Assembly (NCBI GenBank): GCA_963758915.1 | Contig: CAVWXH010000016.1 | Coordinates: 352,001-416,000, forward strand | Source: an uncultured Methanomicrobiales archaeon | Lineage (GTDB): Archaea; Halobacteriota; Methanomicrobia; Methanomicrobiales; Methanospirillaceae | DNA length: 64,000 bases | Reading direction: 5' to 3' | Shown: in pieces, positions 43,101-51,972 of the stretch | How the letters are laid out: every line of letters begins with the position of its first letter | Numbering within the stretch: position 1 is the stretch's first letter | Made by a program: the position numbers and the translations under genes | Notes under the pieces: model-generated | The model's database searches: none | What the model was told of the DNA's origin: nothing | Seen by the model: the letters and a program-made list of their open reading frames with translations, nothing else

Positions 43101-43470
43101 TTTTTATGTTTATTACCTGAAACGGCCTGTGTTTTAAAACACTGGACTGATCCATCCGTTATTGGGCAAATCACTGTGGAATTGGGGCCCTGAAGCAATA
43201 TGATACCATATGGATGAATGAAATGGATCTCTTTTATGCCTCACGGTTTCTGAAATGCCGCAAAGACAATCCAGACTTTTTTTATTCGTGACCTTGTTCT
43301 CTGACACCGGCTTTCGTTTCAATTTGCTGATAATTTTTCGCTTGGATTAGTAATAAAGTATTTGTTGTGAATAAGACAACAATACATTATTTATCATTTT
43401 TAACATGCTGTTTTTTGTGTTTCCTGTTTTTTTTAGAATAAATGATAAATTATTCCTCTTTATAAACGAT

Positions 43471-44170
43471 TTATGATATGAGGGTTTTAATAATACGCAA
43501 TGTATTACAGGGGTCATCCGTAATAACCCCGTCAATTCCTATTGAAATTGCCCTTTTTAATTCAGTTTTTATATTCAGGGTCCACGGAATGACCTGCATC
43601 CCGGAATCATGGGCTTTTCGTACAAATTCAATAGAAAGGAAATCCTTTCGTGGAAGAATGAAATCATATATTAACCTTTTTTCTTCGAAGTGATGATCCC
43701 TATGGTTATTCGATACGATAATCCCTGTTTTTAAATCCGGAAGATAGGTTTTCATTACTTCCAGGCTCTCGGAATGAAACGAAACGCATATGATCTTTCC
43801 TATTCTGAAAATTACTTAAGACCTCACTGACTATTTTTTCGCTTCCCGGTTCTTTTATCTCGATAAAAATGCCCCTTCCCCTCGTGTAATACAACGGGAA
43901 CAACTTCCTCCAGGGTAGGAATTTTTTCCCCATCCCCCGCATCGAGTCCTTTTAAATCTTTTAACCTGTCAGGTCATTGACCTGTCCCGTCCCGCTGGTG
44001 GTCCGCTCAAGTCTGGCATCGTGGATAAGAACAGGGATACCGTCATGGCTTAGCCTGACATCGACCTCAACATAGTCTGCACATTTCATTCCGGTCCTGA
44101 TTGCCCGCAAGGTGTTTTCGGGTGCCACTGCCCGGGCCCCCCGGTGCCCCACAATCCACAATTGTACCAT
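43471..44170 (-). CDS. Glycerophosphodiester phosphodiesterase, split by several frameshifts
   Basis: GHRGA..PENT, EVDV, HD, IEIK, PWT, GVITDDP spread over three ORFs. Confidence 0.75.
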
Positions 44171-44438
44171 AGTCTCCCTGTTTTTTTATTATTGGTACAT
44201 AGCAGCAGAAAAATACTTTTAGGTTAAATTGGGAATTTAAGTATTTATACCAATAATTTCCGGGAGTTCAACCTGTACTGCTTACCTGACAACGGTTAGG
44301 CAGTACATATTCCTGACCGGTTTCGCTGCATCCGGATAGGTATATTGTCAAATGTTGCTGAGTTAACCCTGCGGGAACCCCCGGCAAAGGGCATTGGTAT
44401 CAGAAAATAATAAAAAACGGGTGAATTCAGAAATACAA

Positions 44439-44523
44439 TGCGAGGGATGGGATTCGAACCCAAGAACTCCTGAGAGAATAGGCCCTGAACCTATCGCCGT
44501 TGGCCAGGCTTGGCTACCCTCGC
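44439..44523 (-). tRNA. tRNA-Leu(CAG)
   Basis: GCGAGGG acceptor stem, anticodon arm ATAGG-TTCAGGG-CCTAT, long variable arm, GGTTCGAATCC T-loop. Confidence 0.95.
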
Positions 44524-44626
44524 GCTTTATACACTACAGCTTCCGACAAAATAAATGTAGTAGTTCCATTCAACGATGCCATTACCTTATAACCCTGTTT
44601 TCAGGGATGGTTTTTTTCACCGGCAG

Positions 44627-46492
44627 TTAAGATCCCGGGCTACCCAGTCCATTCTGGTATTTTTTCAATTCTGCTTCCCGCAACTCTTTTCTCCTGATCT
44701 TCCCTGATATGGTTTTTGGCAGGGAATCCGAGAATTCAATCAGCCTTGGATATTTGTAGGGTGCGGTGACATGCTTGACATGGTTTTGTAATTCCTTTAC
44801 CAGCGCATCTGATGGTTTATGCCCTGGCGCCAGCACAATAAATGCCTTGACGATCATTCCCCTGACATCATCCGGGACCCCGACAACGGCAGCTTCCTGG
44901 ACGGCAGGGTGTTCTATGAGGGCACTCTCGACTTCAAACGGGCCGATACGATAACCTGATGCCTTTATGACATCATCATCCCTGCCAATGAACCAGAAAT
45001 AGCCGTCTTCGTCTTTGTAGGCCTTGTCGCCGGTATAATAGAAACCGTTGACAAACACCTTTTTATTCTCTTCATCATTGTAGAGGTACCCGTCGAACAT
45101 TCCTACCGGTTTTGGATCTGTCTTAATTGCTATCCTGCCTTCCTGGTGAAGAGCGACAGGTTTTCCCTCGTCATCGTGGAGTTCGATATGCCAGCCCGGG
45201 GAGGGCTTCCCCATGGAACCGAATTTCGGTTTCATCGATGGGAATGTCCCGATGCAGAGAACCGTCTCAGTCTGCCCGTAACCCTCAAAGATAGTGAGGC
45301 CGGTGGAGTCTTTCCACGCCTTGATCACTTCAGGGTTCAGGGGTTCCCCGGCACTGACACAGTGGCGGAGCTCGGAGAAATCGAATTTATCCAAATCTGC
45401 AAGGATCAGCATCCGGTAGATTGTCGGAGGACAGCAGAAGGTAGTAATACCATATTTTTCGATAAGCGGAAGGATTTCTGTCGCATTAAAGCGGCTCCGG
45501 ATATCATAAACAAAAATACAGCAGCCTTCTAGCCATTGCCCGTATAATTTGCCCCAGGCACTTTTCGCCCAACCCGTATCTGACAGTGTAAAGTGGACAT
45601 CAGTTGAACGGACATCATGCCAGAACCTTGTAGTGACAATATGACCGAGGGGATAACTGTGATCGTGAACCACCATCTTGGCATCTCCCGTTGTACCTGA
45701 TGTGAAAAAAATTACAAGCGGGTCAGTAGACTTCGTCTTTTTCATACCAGGAAGTGCAATGAGTTTTGTTGAGACTGGTGCAGGATAATTGAGTTCTACC
45801 GGGTAACTTATCCAGCCGTCACGTTTGCCATCCATTACCATGCGACCGCAAAGTGACGGGCATTCATCGAAAATCTCGTCCACTTTATCGGCATGTTCCA
45901 TGCTGGTAATAATCATCTTGATATCAGCGATGTGGACGCGGTACTTCAGGTCTTTCGGAGTGAGCATCGTAGGTGCAGGGCAATAAACCACACCACGCTT
46001 AATGAGTGCCAGGGTGAATATCCACCATTCCGGGACTCTTGGGAGCATGATCAGGACGCGGTCACCTTTCGATATGCCGTACTTGATGAACATGTTTGCG
46101 ACCTGGTTTGAGAGTCTCGACATGTCCCAGAAGGTAAATTTTTTTTCCTCGCCGTTCTGGTTCACCCAGATCATTGCTATCTTGTTACGATCTTTTTTTG
46201 CCCATTCATCGACCACATCAAAACCGAAATTAAAGTATTCCGGGACTTTTATCCTGAAGTCTTTGTAGGTCTTATCATAATCCACAATATTGTGCAAATT
46301 AAGGGGATCAGTTTTTCCCTCTTTTGCATGTTCTCCCGACGGATGAACCCAGATGTCCTGGTGACCACCTTGTTTCATATAAGTGGTGCATGCCTCACTG
46401 ATCCAATCAGACCGGGAAATACCCTGATTTTCTGATGAAGCATCTATTTTTTCCGTGAGCTGGTCATCCATCGTGACTGAGTAGCGCACCAT
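44627..46492 (-). CDS. AMP-forming acyl-CoA synthetase with an N-terminal ribbon-helix-helix (CopG-like) domain
   Basis: MVRYSVTMDDQLTEKIDASSENQGISRSDWISEAC (RHH), FTSGTTG, EGYGQTE, GRDDD, PKTISGK. Confidence 0.88.
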   Translation of the reverse strand: MVRYSVTMDDQLTEKIDASSENQGISRSDWISEACTTYMKQGGHQDIWVHPSGEHAKEGKTDPLNLHNIVDYDKTYKDFRIKVPEYFNFGFDVVDEWAKKDRNKIAMIWVNQNGEEKKFTFWDMSRLSNQVANMFIKYGISKGDRVLIMLPRVPEWWIFTLALIKRGVVYCPAPTMLTPKDLKYRVHIADIKMIITSMEHADKVDEIFDECPSLCGRMVMDGKRDGWISYPVELNYPAPVSTKLIALPGMKKTKSTDPLVIFFTSGTTGDAKMVVHDHSYPLGHIVTTRFWHDVRSTDVHFTLSDTGWAKSAWGKLYGQWLEGCCIFVYDIRSRFNATEILPLIEKYGITTFCCPPTIYRMLILADLDKFDFSELRHCVSAGEPLNPEVIKAWKDSTGLTIFEGYGQTETVLCIGTFPSMKPKFGSMGKPSPGWHIELHDDEGKPVALHQEGRIAIKTDPKPVGMFDGYLYNDEENKKVFVNGFYYTGDKAYKDEDGYFWFIGRDDDVIKASGYRIGPFEVESALIEHPAVQEAAVVGVPDDVRGMIVKAFIVLAPGHKPSDALVKELQNHVKHVTAPYKYPRLIEFSDSLPKTISGKIRRKELREAELKKYQNGLGSPGS

Positions 46493-46505
46493 ACTGAATC
46501 GTTTC

Positions 46506-46546
46506 GTGGTGCACATAAAGAGTCTTTCGATGTAATTGTGCATCAC
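46506..46546. promoter_or_regulatory. Candidate operator (inverted repeat) upstream of the RHH-synthetase
   Basis: GTGGTGCACA-N21-TGTGCATCAC (9/10 inverted) with an inner AAAGA-G-TCTTT palindrome. Confidence 0.45.
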
Positions 46547-46990
46547 CTATGGAGGGAATTAGGTATAGTAATGAACCGTTTAAAAAAGAAGACACAGGAG
46601 GATCTCTTGCCGGACTACAATTAAAACTGAAATGCTTCTCTTTCTTCAGTTTGCGGGTATATCCTGTTCTCCTGACTGGTTGATATGTTCACGGCATTTT
46701 TCCCCTCTGGTAATCTGATTGGTTTAATGTACGGTCTTGTAGTCCTTGTCAGAAATAACGGTTATGACAATCTGACTCTCCAGACGTTCATAAAAAAGTC
46801 TTATTATGCCTCGGGTTTCATCCGGATATCCTGTTGATCAACAGTTCCTGTTCAGAGAATACAAGGGTTTTACCGCACATTTGACGATTTTTGCACAAGA
46901 CTCATCGTACCCTCCAATTCAGTAATGTTACATTTTTAAAAGCAGAATCATTCCAGTAAATTAATATTAATACATTTTCAAGAAGATATC

Positions 46991-48493
46991 ATGTTCTCAT
47001 ATTCATCACACCAGGGGTTTACAGGCCACGGCAGGCAAAAACCTGGAATGATTATAATTCTCGCAACCCTGCTCGTAATCCTGGTATTGCTGCTCCCCGC
47101 TGCCACGGCGGCAAATATTAGCGGGTCATCCAATAGCACTTCGGTAACAAATACACTGCCTGTTGCTACTTCGCTGCCACCGACAACAGCTACCCCCATT
47201 CTTAAGGACGCTAATACCACCGCTATGGCTACTACCACCATGGTCACCATTGCAAAACCGGCAGTAAAGGCACCAAAAATTGAGTTTACCGTAACACCAG
47301 TGGATGGTATAGCCCCACTTACCGTCACAGTATACCCGGTATTTAATCCGGCAGGAGGAGCACCGCAATATCTCGTGCTTGATTTTGGTGATGGTCAGCA
47401 GGTGAATGACACCCTGAAAACCAGCTTTGAACATACCTACATGATAGCAGGCAGCTACACTATCACTCTTACCTCGGTCAATGCAGGGGGAAGTAACGTG
47501 GAAACCCTGCAAAGTCCCGTAAACGTACGCATCCCCGTCACTGCGACAAGCGCAGCACCAACATCACCAACAACAGTTCCGAACACAACTGCAACAGTTC
47601 CGGTAACCATAGCTGCCACCAATGTACCGGTCCTGAATACAACAGTAGTAAATGCAACCATTCCACTTCCACTCACAGCAGCTGTGGGGAACATTTCGGT
47701 GAATGATACTCCCTGCTTCTACCCGAATATGACAAAGGCCGATATCCGGGCGACACCTATCGAGGGACCAGCCCCCCTCCGGGTGAATTTCTTTGACAAT
47801 TCGACGTGTGCCCCCCCCACGGCCTGGCAATGGGACTTTGGTTCTCCGGTCAACCCGGGTGTTAAAACCATGCGCGATCCTATCGTTACCTATGCAGAAC
47901 CAGGGACCTATAACGTAACACTGCTGGTTATCAACTCGTTCAATAACAACAGCACAAAAACCCTCACGGGGTTCATCCACGTCCTGCCACCGGTCACTCC
48001 TGCCCCCTATCCAACGGCAGCACCTGTTGTTGTGCCAGTCCCGGTAATTGCCCCTAATTTTACAGCAAACCAGACAACCGGCCCTGCCCCGTTATGTGTC
48101 CAGTTCACCGAAAGTTCAACAGGCCCCACTGCTGTCACGTGGTTCTGGGAATTTGGTGACGGGACAAACTCGACGGTAAAGAACCCGGCTCACTGCTATA
48201 ATAACAGTGGTAATTTTTCGGTGACGTTGAAGACAGCCCCCGCGGGAGGCGCCCCGGTTACCAAAGTCAGGGAGAATTATATCATTGTCACCTCCGGATC
48301 CACCCCGTTCCCGATGGACCTTATTTTCGTTATCGGGATCATCATTGTCATCCTCGTTGTTGTCGGACTTTTCGTTATGAAGAGAAGCGGGGGTTCGCAC
48401 CATACACACAGCGGGAGACACCATGATGATACAATGCAGGCTGAAGATGAAACTGCTGAAACCAAAGGTCCACGTCATGGCAGGGACCTCTGA
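46991..48493 (+). CDS. Membrane-anchored PKD-domain surface glycoprotein (3 PKD)
   Basis: DFGDG, WDFGS, WEFGDG motifs, Thr-rich linkers, many NxT sequons, C-terminal TM and His-rich tail. Confidence 0.88.
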   Translation: MFSYSSHQGFTGHGRQKPGMIIILATLLVILVLLLPAATAANISGSSNSTSVTNTLPVATSLPPTTATPILKDANTTAMATTTMVTIAKPAVKAPKIEFTVTPVDGIAPLTVTVYPVFNPAGGAPQYLVLDFGDGQQVNDTLKTSFEHTYMIAGSYTITLTSVNAGGSNVETLQSPVNVRIPVTATSAAPTSPTTVPNTTATVPVTIAATNVPVLNTTVVNATIPLPLTAAVGNISVNDTPCFYPNMTKADIRATPIEGPAPLRVNFFDNSTCAPPTAWQWDFGSPVNPGVKTMRDPIVTYAEPGTYNVTLLVINSFNNNSTKTLTGFIHVLPPVTPAPYPTAAPVVVPVPVIAPNFTANQTTGPAPLCVQFTESSTGPTAVTWFWEFGDGTNSTVKNPAHCYNNSGNFSVTLKTAPAGGAPVTKVRENYIIVTSGSTPFPMDLIFVIGIIIVILVVVGLFVMKRSGGSHHTHSGRHHDDTMQAEDETAETKGPRHGRDL

Positions 48494-48506
48494 TTTACAG
48501 AAATAA

Positions 48507-48762
48507 CGGCTTTGTTGAAACCCTTCGGTGTCATAAAAAAGCAGAAGGAAATACGAAGACAGGAGGGGGTTTCACCCGGGTTTCACCCCCATTAACATAT
48601 TCTTCGGGCAGTTTTTCCCGAAATCTCATCAAATTCAGAGTATTGGAGGATAGTCTCTATCCAACCAGGGCCGCCATAGTGGCAGGGCGGAGCCCCGGGA
48701 GGGTGACTAAATTTTAGAATAACCAAGTCTGCAATATAGATTATGCTGTTTCAACAGGATGA
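48507..48762 (+). mobile_element. MITE-like element, short form
   Basis: CGGCTTTGTTGAAAC ... GTTTCAACAGGATGA; flanks AAATAA / CAATAA; shared cores. Confidence 0.8.
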
Positions 48763-48784
48763 CAATAATTATTTTTTAAAAAAA

Positions 48785-49250
48785 GTAACTGTTCAGCCGA
48801 GCCTGTGAGCAATAGAAGGGATGAAAGGATTTCCCTAGAATGCATCCACAAGAGAGTTCAGGACAGGCATCTGAATTTTTTTTTCAAGGTTGAGATATAT
48901 CTCCCTTACCCTGCAGAACCAGTCCGCCCCTTCCTCACTCCTGAACGTCCCACGGCTCGTTCTCCTTTCTTCCGCGGACTCTGGGATCTTTTGTAGATAT
49001 CTGTTGATGGCGGTCTGCTGCTGGTACGGCTGTTCTGTTTTAATTGAGCCTCTAATTCCTGTATCCGTTTCTGTAAATCAGATATTATATGATTCTGTTC
49101 TTCTATAACCGCTAGTAATGACTGGACATACGAAGCTGGGTAGAACTCAGGAATACTATTATCTTTTTTATTATTCAGGTTATTTTCAGCCACTAATTGT
49201 TAATTTGACTTCATTGTACCAGGATCTTGCGGTGGAAGCTGAACAGTTAC
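48785..49250 (-). mobile_element. Internally deleted IS66-family element
   Basis: Perfect 13-bp TIR GTAACTGTTCAGC / GCTGAACAGTTAC, A-rich 8-bp flanks (7/8 identical), truncated transposase N-terminus. Confidence 0.85.
48906..49193 (-). pseudogene. IS66 transposase N-terminal fragment (DUF6444-like)
   Basis: Coiled coil plus LKQNSRTSSRPPSTD. Confidence 0.75.
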
Positions 49251-49274
49251 AAAAAAAAATAGTATAACGAAAAT

Positions 49275-50942
49275 TCAGGAATTTCCGAGGTATTTTCTGA
49301 GTTCTGAATCACGGAGCTCGTTCCGCTTTATCTTCCCTGAAATAGTCTTTGGCAGATCTGGTACGAATTCTATCTCCCGGGGATATTTATAAGGCGCAGT
49401 GGTACGCTTTACATAGGATTTTAATTCCTTTACCAGTGTTTCAGATGGTTCGTACCCGTTATTGAGTACAACAAATGCCTTGACAATCAACCCCCTGATC
49501 CTGTCAGGAGAACCTACCACTGCTGCCTCGTGTACCGCGGGATGTTCTATGAGCGCACTCTCTACTTCAAATGGTCCTATCCTGTAGCCGGAACTCTTAA
49601 TGACATCATCATCGCGCCCGACAAACCAGAAATATCCGTCATCATCACAGTAGGCCTTATCGCCCGTGTAATAGTAACCATTGATGAATGAATTAGTATT
49701 TTCAGCAGGATTATCTATGTATTCCACAAAAAGTCCCACGGGTCGTGGGTCGAGTTTAATCGCGATCCGTCCCTCCTCACCCGCATTTACCAATTTCCCG
49801 TTATCGTCATGGAGTTCCACGATCCATCCCGGTGACGGTTTACCCATTGATCCGAATTTTGGTTCCATGCAGGGGAACATGCCAATACAACAGGCTGTTT
49901 CAGTCTGGCCGTATCCTTCATAAATGGGAAGTCCTGTTCCCTCCTTCCAGACCCTGATCACCTCGGGGTTTAAGGGTTCTCCCGCGCTGCAACAGTGCCG
50001 AAGCGCAGAGAGATCAAACCTGCCCAGATCTGCAAGGATCAACATCCGGTAGATCGTCGGTGGACAACAGAATGTTGTGACCTCATATTTCTCCAGAAGC
50101 GGCAGCAGCTCAGTTGCAGCGAATTTCCCGGTAAAGTGGTACACGAAAATACAGGCCCCTTCTATCCATTGCCCGAAAATCTTGCCCCATGCACATTTAG
50201 CCCACCCAGTATCGGCAAGGGTAAAATGAAGGTCATTGTGATACAGGTCCTGCCAGAACCGTGCAGTCACGATGTGACCGAGCGGGTAGCTATGGTCATG
50301 GAGGACCATTTTCGGCTCTCCGGTCGTCCCCGATGTGAAGTAAATAAGGAGCGGGTCTGTACGCCGGGTACGCTTCATTTCAGGCATACTAACCTCATGG
50401 TGGGAAACCGGGGCTGGATAAAGAAGTTCATACGGGTAACCGGCCCATCCTTCCAGTTCTCCATCCACAAGAAATCTTGCAGTAAGTGTCGGGCACTGGT
50501 CACATATTTCTTCGATTTTTGCTGAATTTTCGAGGTTTGTAATGACCATCCTGAATTTCCCGATATTTACACGATACTTGATATCCTTTGGTGTCAGCAT
50601 GGTCGTACAGGGGCAGATTACTGCACCGAGCTTGATCAGGGCGATCGAAAAAATCCACCACTCAGGAATTCGCGGCAGCATGATCAGCACGCGATCACCC
50701 TTGTTGATCCCGTACTTGAGGAGAATGTTGGCGGCCTGGTTGGATTGATTTTTCAGGTCCTGGAAGGTATATTTCTTCTCCTCTCCCTTTTGGGAAACCC
50801 AGATCATTGCCAGCTTATTCCGGTCTTTTTTTGCCCATTCATCGATTACATCGAAGCCAAAATTATAATGTTCAGGGACCGGTATGGAAAAACGAGCATA
50901 TTCTTCCGGATAATTGGATAGGTTACTCCTTGAATCTGCCAT
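49275..50942 (-). CDS. AMP-forming acyl-CoA synthetase (paralog without RHH)
   Basis: YFTSGTTG, EGYGQTE, PKTISGK; closely similar to 44627-46492. Confidence 0.92.
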   Translation of the reverse strand: MADSRSNLSNYPEEYARFSIPVPEHYNFGFDVIDEWAKKDRNKLAMIWVSQKGEEKKYTFQDLKNQSNQAANILLKYGINKGDRVLIMLPRIPEWWIFSIALIKLGAVICPCTTMLTPKDIKYRVNIGKFRMVITNLENSAKIEEICDQCPTLTARFLVDGELEGWAGYPYELLYPAPVSHHEVSMPEMKRTRRTDPLLIYFTSGTTGEPKMVLHDHSYPLGHIVTARFWQDLYHNDLHFTLADTGWAKCAWGKIFGQWIEGACIFVYHFTGKFAATELLPLLEKYEVTTFCCPPTIYRMLILADLGRFDLSALRHCCSAGEPLNPEVIRVWKEGTGLPIYEGYGQTETACCIGMFPCMEPKFGSMGKPSPGWIVELHDDNGKLVNAGEEGRIAIKLDPRPVGLFVEYIDNPAENTNSFINGYYYTGDKAYCDDDGYFWFVGRDDDVIKSSGYRIGPFEVESALIEHPAVHEAAVVGSPDRIRGLIVKAFVVLNNGYEPSETLVKELKSYVKRTTAPYKYPREIEFVPDLPKTISGKIKRNELRDSELRKYLGNS

Positions 50943-51071
50943 GAGAATCGCATTAAAATATGTGTTTTCCGACTTTTAAATGATCTTTTCCTTCACGATG
51001 GAACCCCTTTTTTTGAGGACATAAAGGTTCTCCATTAGTATTATGATGCAAAAGCAAGCATATACTAATCA

Positions 51072-51626
51072 ATGGACGATAAGCAGTACGCTTCATTAAA
51101 AATCGAGAATATCGTTGCTTCAGGGGCAATTGCAGATTCTATAGATCTTGCAGAGATCTCTAAAAAAATAGAGAACTGCGAACTCAATACCAAGCGGTTC
51201 CCCGGGGCAGTATTCCGGATAGAGAACCCGAAGATCGCCTCGCTGATATTCTCATCCGGTAAGGTAGTGCTCACCGGGATCCGGGATAAACAGGCACTCC
51301 ATGATGGTCTGGCACTGATAATCAAGTCCATGAAGGAGGCCGGGGTTAAGACCTATGATGAGCCCCGGGTGGCGATTACGAATATTGTCTGTTCGTATGA
51401 TATCGGGAAATATATCAACCTCAATAAAGTCGTCATTACCTTAAACCTCGAGAATATTGAATACGAACCTGAGCAGTTCCCGGGACTTGTCTACCGGATT
51501 AAGGACCCGAAAATTGTTGCCTTACTCTTCTCATCAGGAAAGATCATCCTGACTGGTGGGAAAAACCTCGAGGACATCAAGCGTGGCCTCGATTTCCTTG
51601 AGCAGAAACTCGGCAGTATTATGTAG
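51072..51626 (+). CDS. tbp: TATA-box-binding protein
   Basis: ENIVASG, FPG, LIFSSGKVVLTG repeated, EYEPEQFPGLVYR. Confidence 0.97.
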   Translation: MDDKQYASLKIENIVASGAIADSIDLAEISKKIENCELNTKRFPGAVFRIENPKIASLIFSSGKVVLTGIRDKQALHDGLALIIKSMKEAGVKTYDEPRVAITNIVCSYDIGKYINLNKVVITLNLENIEYEPEQFPGLVYRIKDPKIVALLFSSGKIILTGGKNLEDIKRGLDFLEQKLGSIM

Positions 51627-51651
51627 TGCCATGAATTTGCAATTTATTTTT

Positions 51652-51896
51652 TCGCTTTGTTGAAATGCTCTGAAAACTATCTTACCTTTTTGAAGTATTC
51701 CTTAATTTACCAACGCTGCCGGGGCGGAGACCAGAGAGCGGTGGAGACTCTCGGAATAATCCAGATTCTGTACAATTCGGTCAGAAGATTTCCCATATAT
51801 ATATCAAATCGGCGCCCAATTTAAGGAGAATTTTAACGAGGCATTTTCAATCGTGCGGGTGCGAATTTCCCACTCATGTGTGTTTCAACGGGGCAG
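51652..51896. mobile_element. Mosaic MITE-like copy
   Basis: TCGCTTTGTTGAAAT ... GTTTCAACGGGGCAG. Right arm matches 37965-38039; left arm matches the family core in the opposite orientation. Confidence 0.65.
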
Positions 51897-51972
51897 GAAT
51901 TATGATACCAAATCGTGGTTCTCTGCCTTTCCATTGAATTTATCGGTTAAGTTCCTCCCTAATGCCAGTTCT

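Noticed and set aside
44274-44307. Hairpin TGTACTGC...GCAGTACA between the GDPD gene and tRNA-Leu
   Set aside because: Single isolated stem with no supporting context; no integrase or att duplication near the tRNA 3' end
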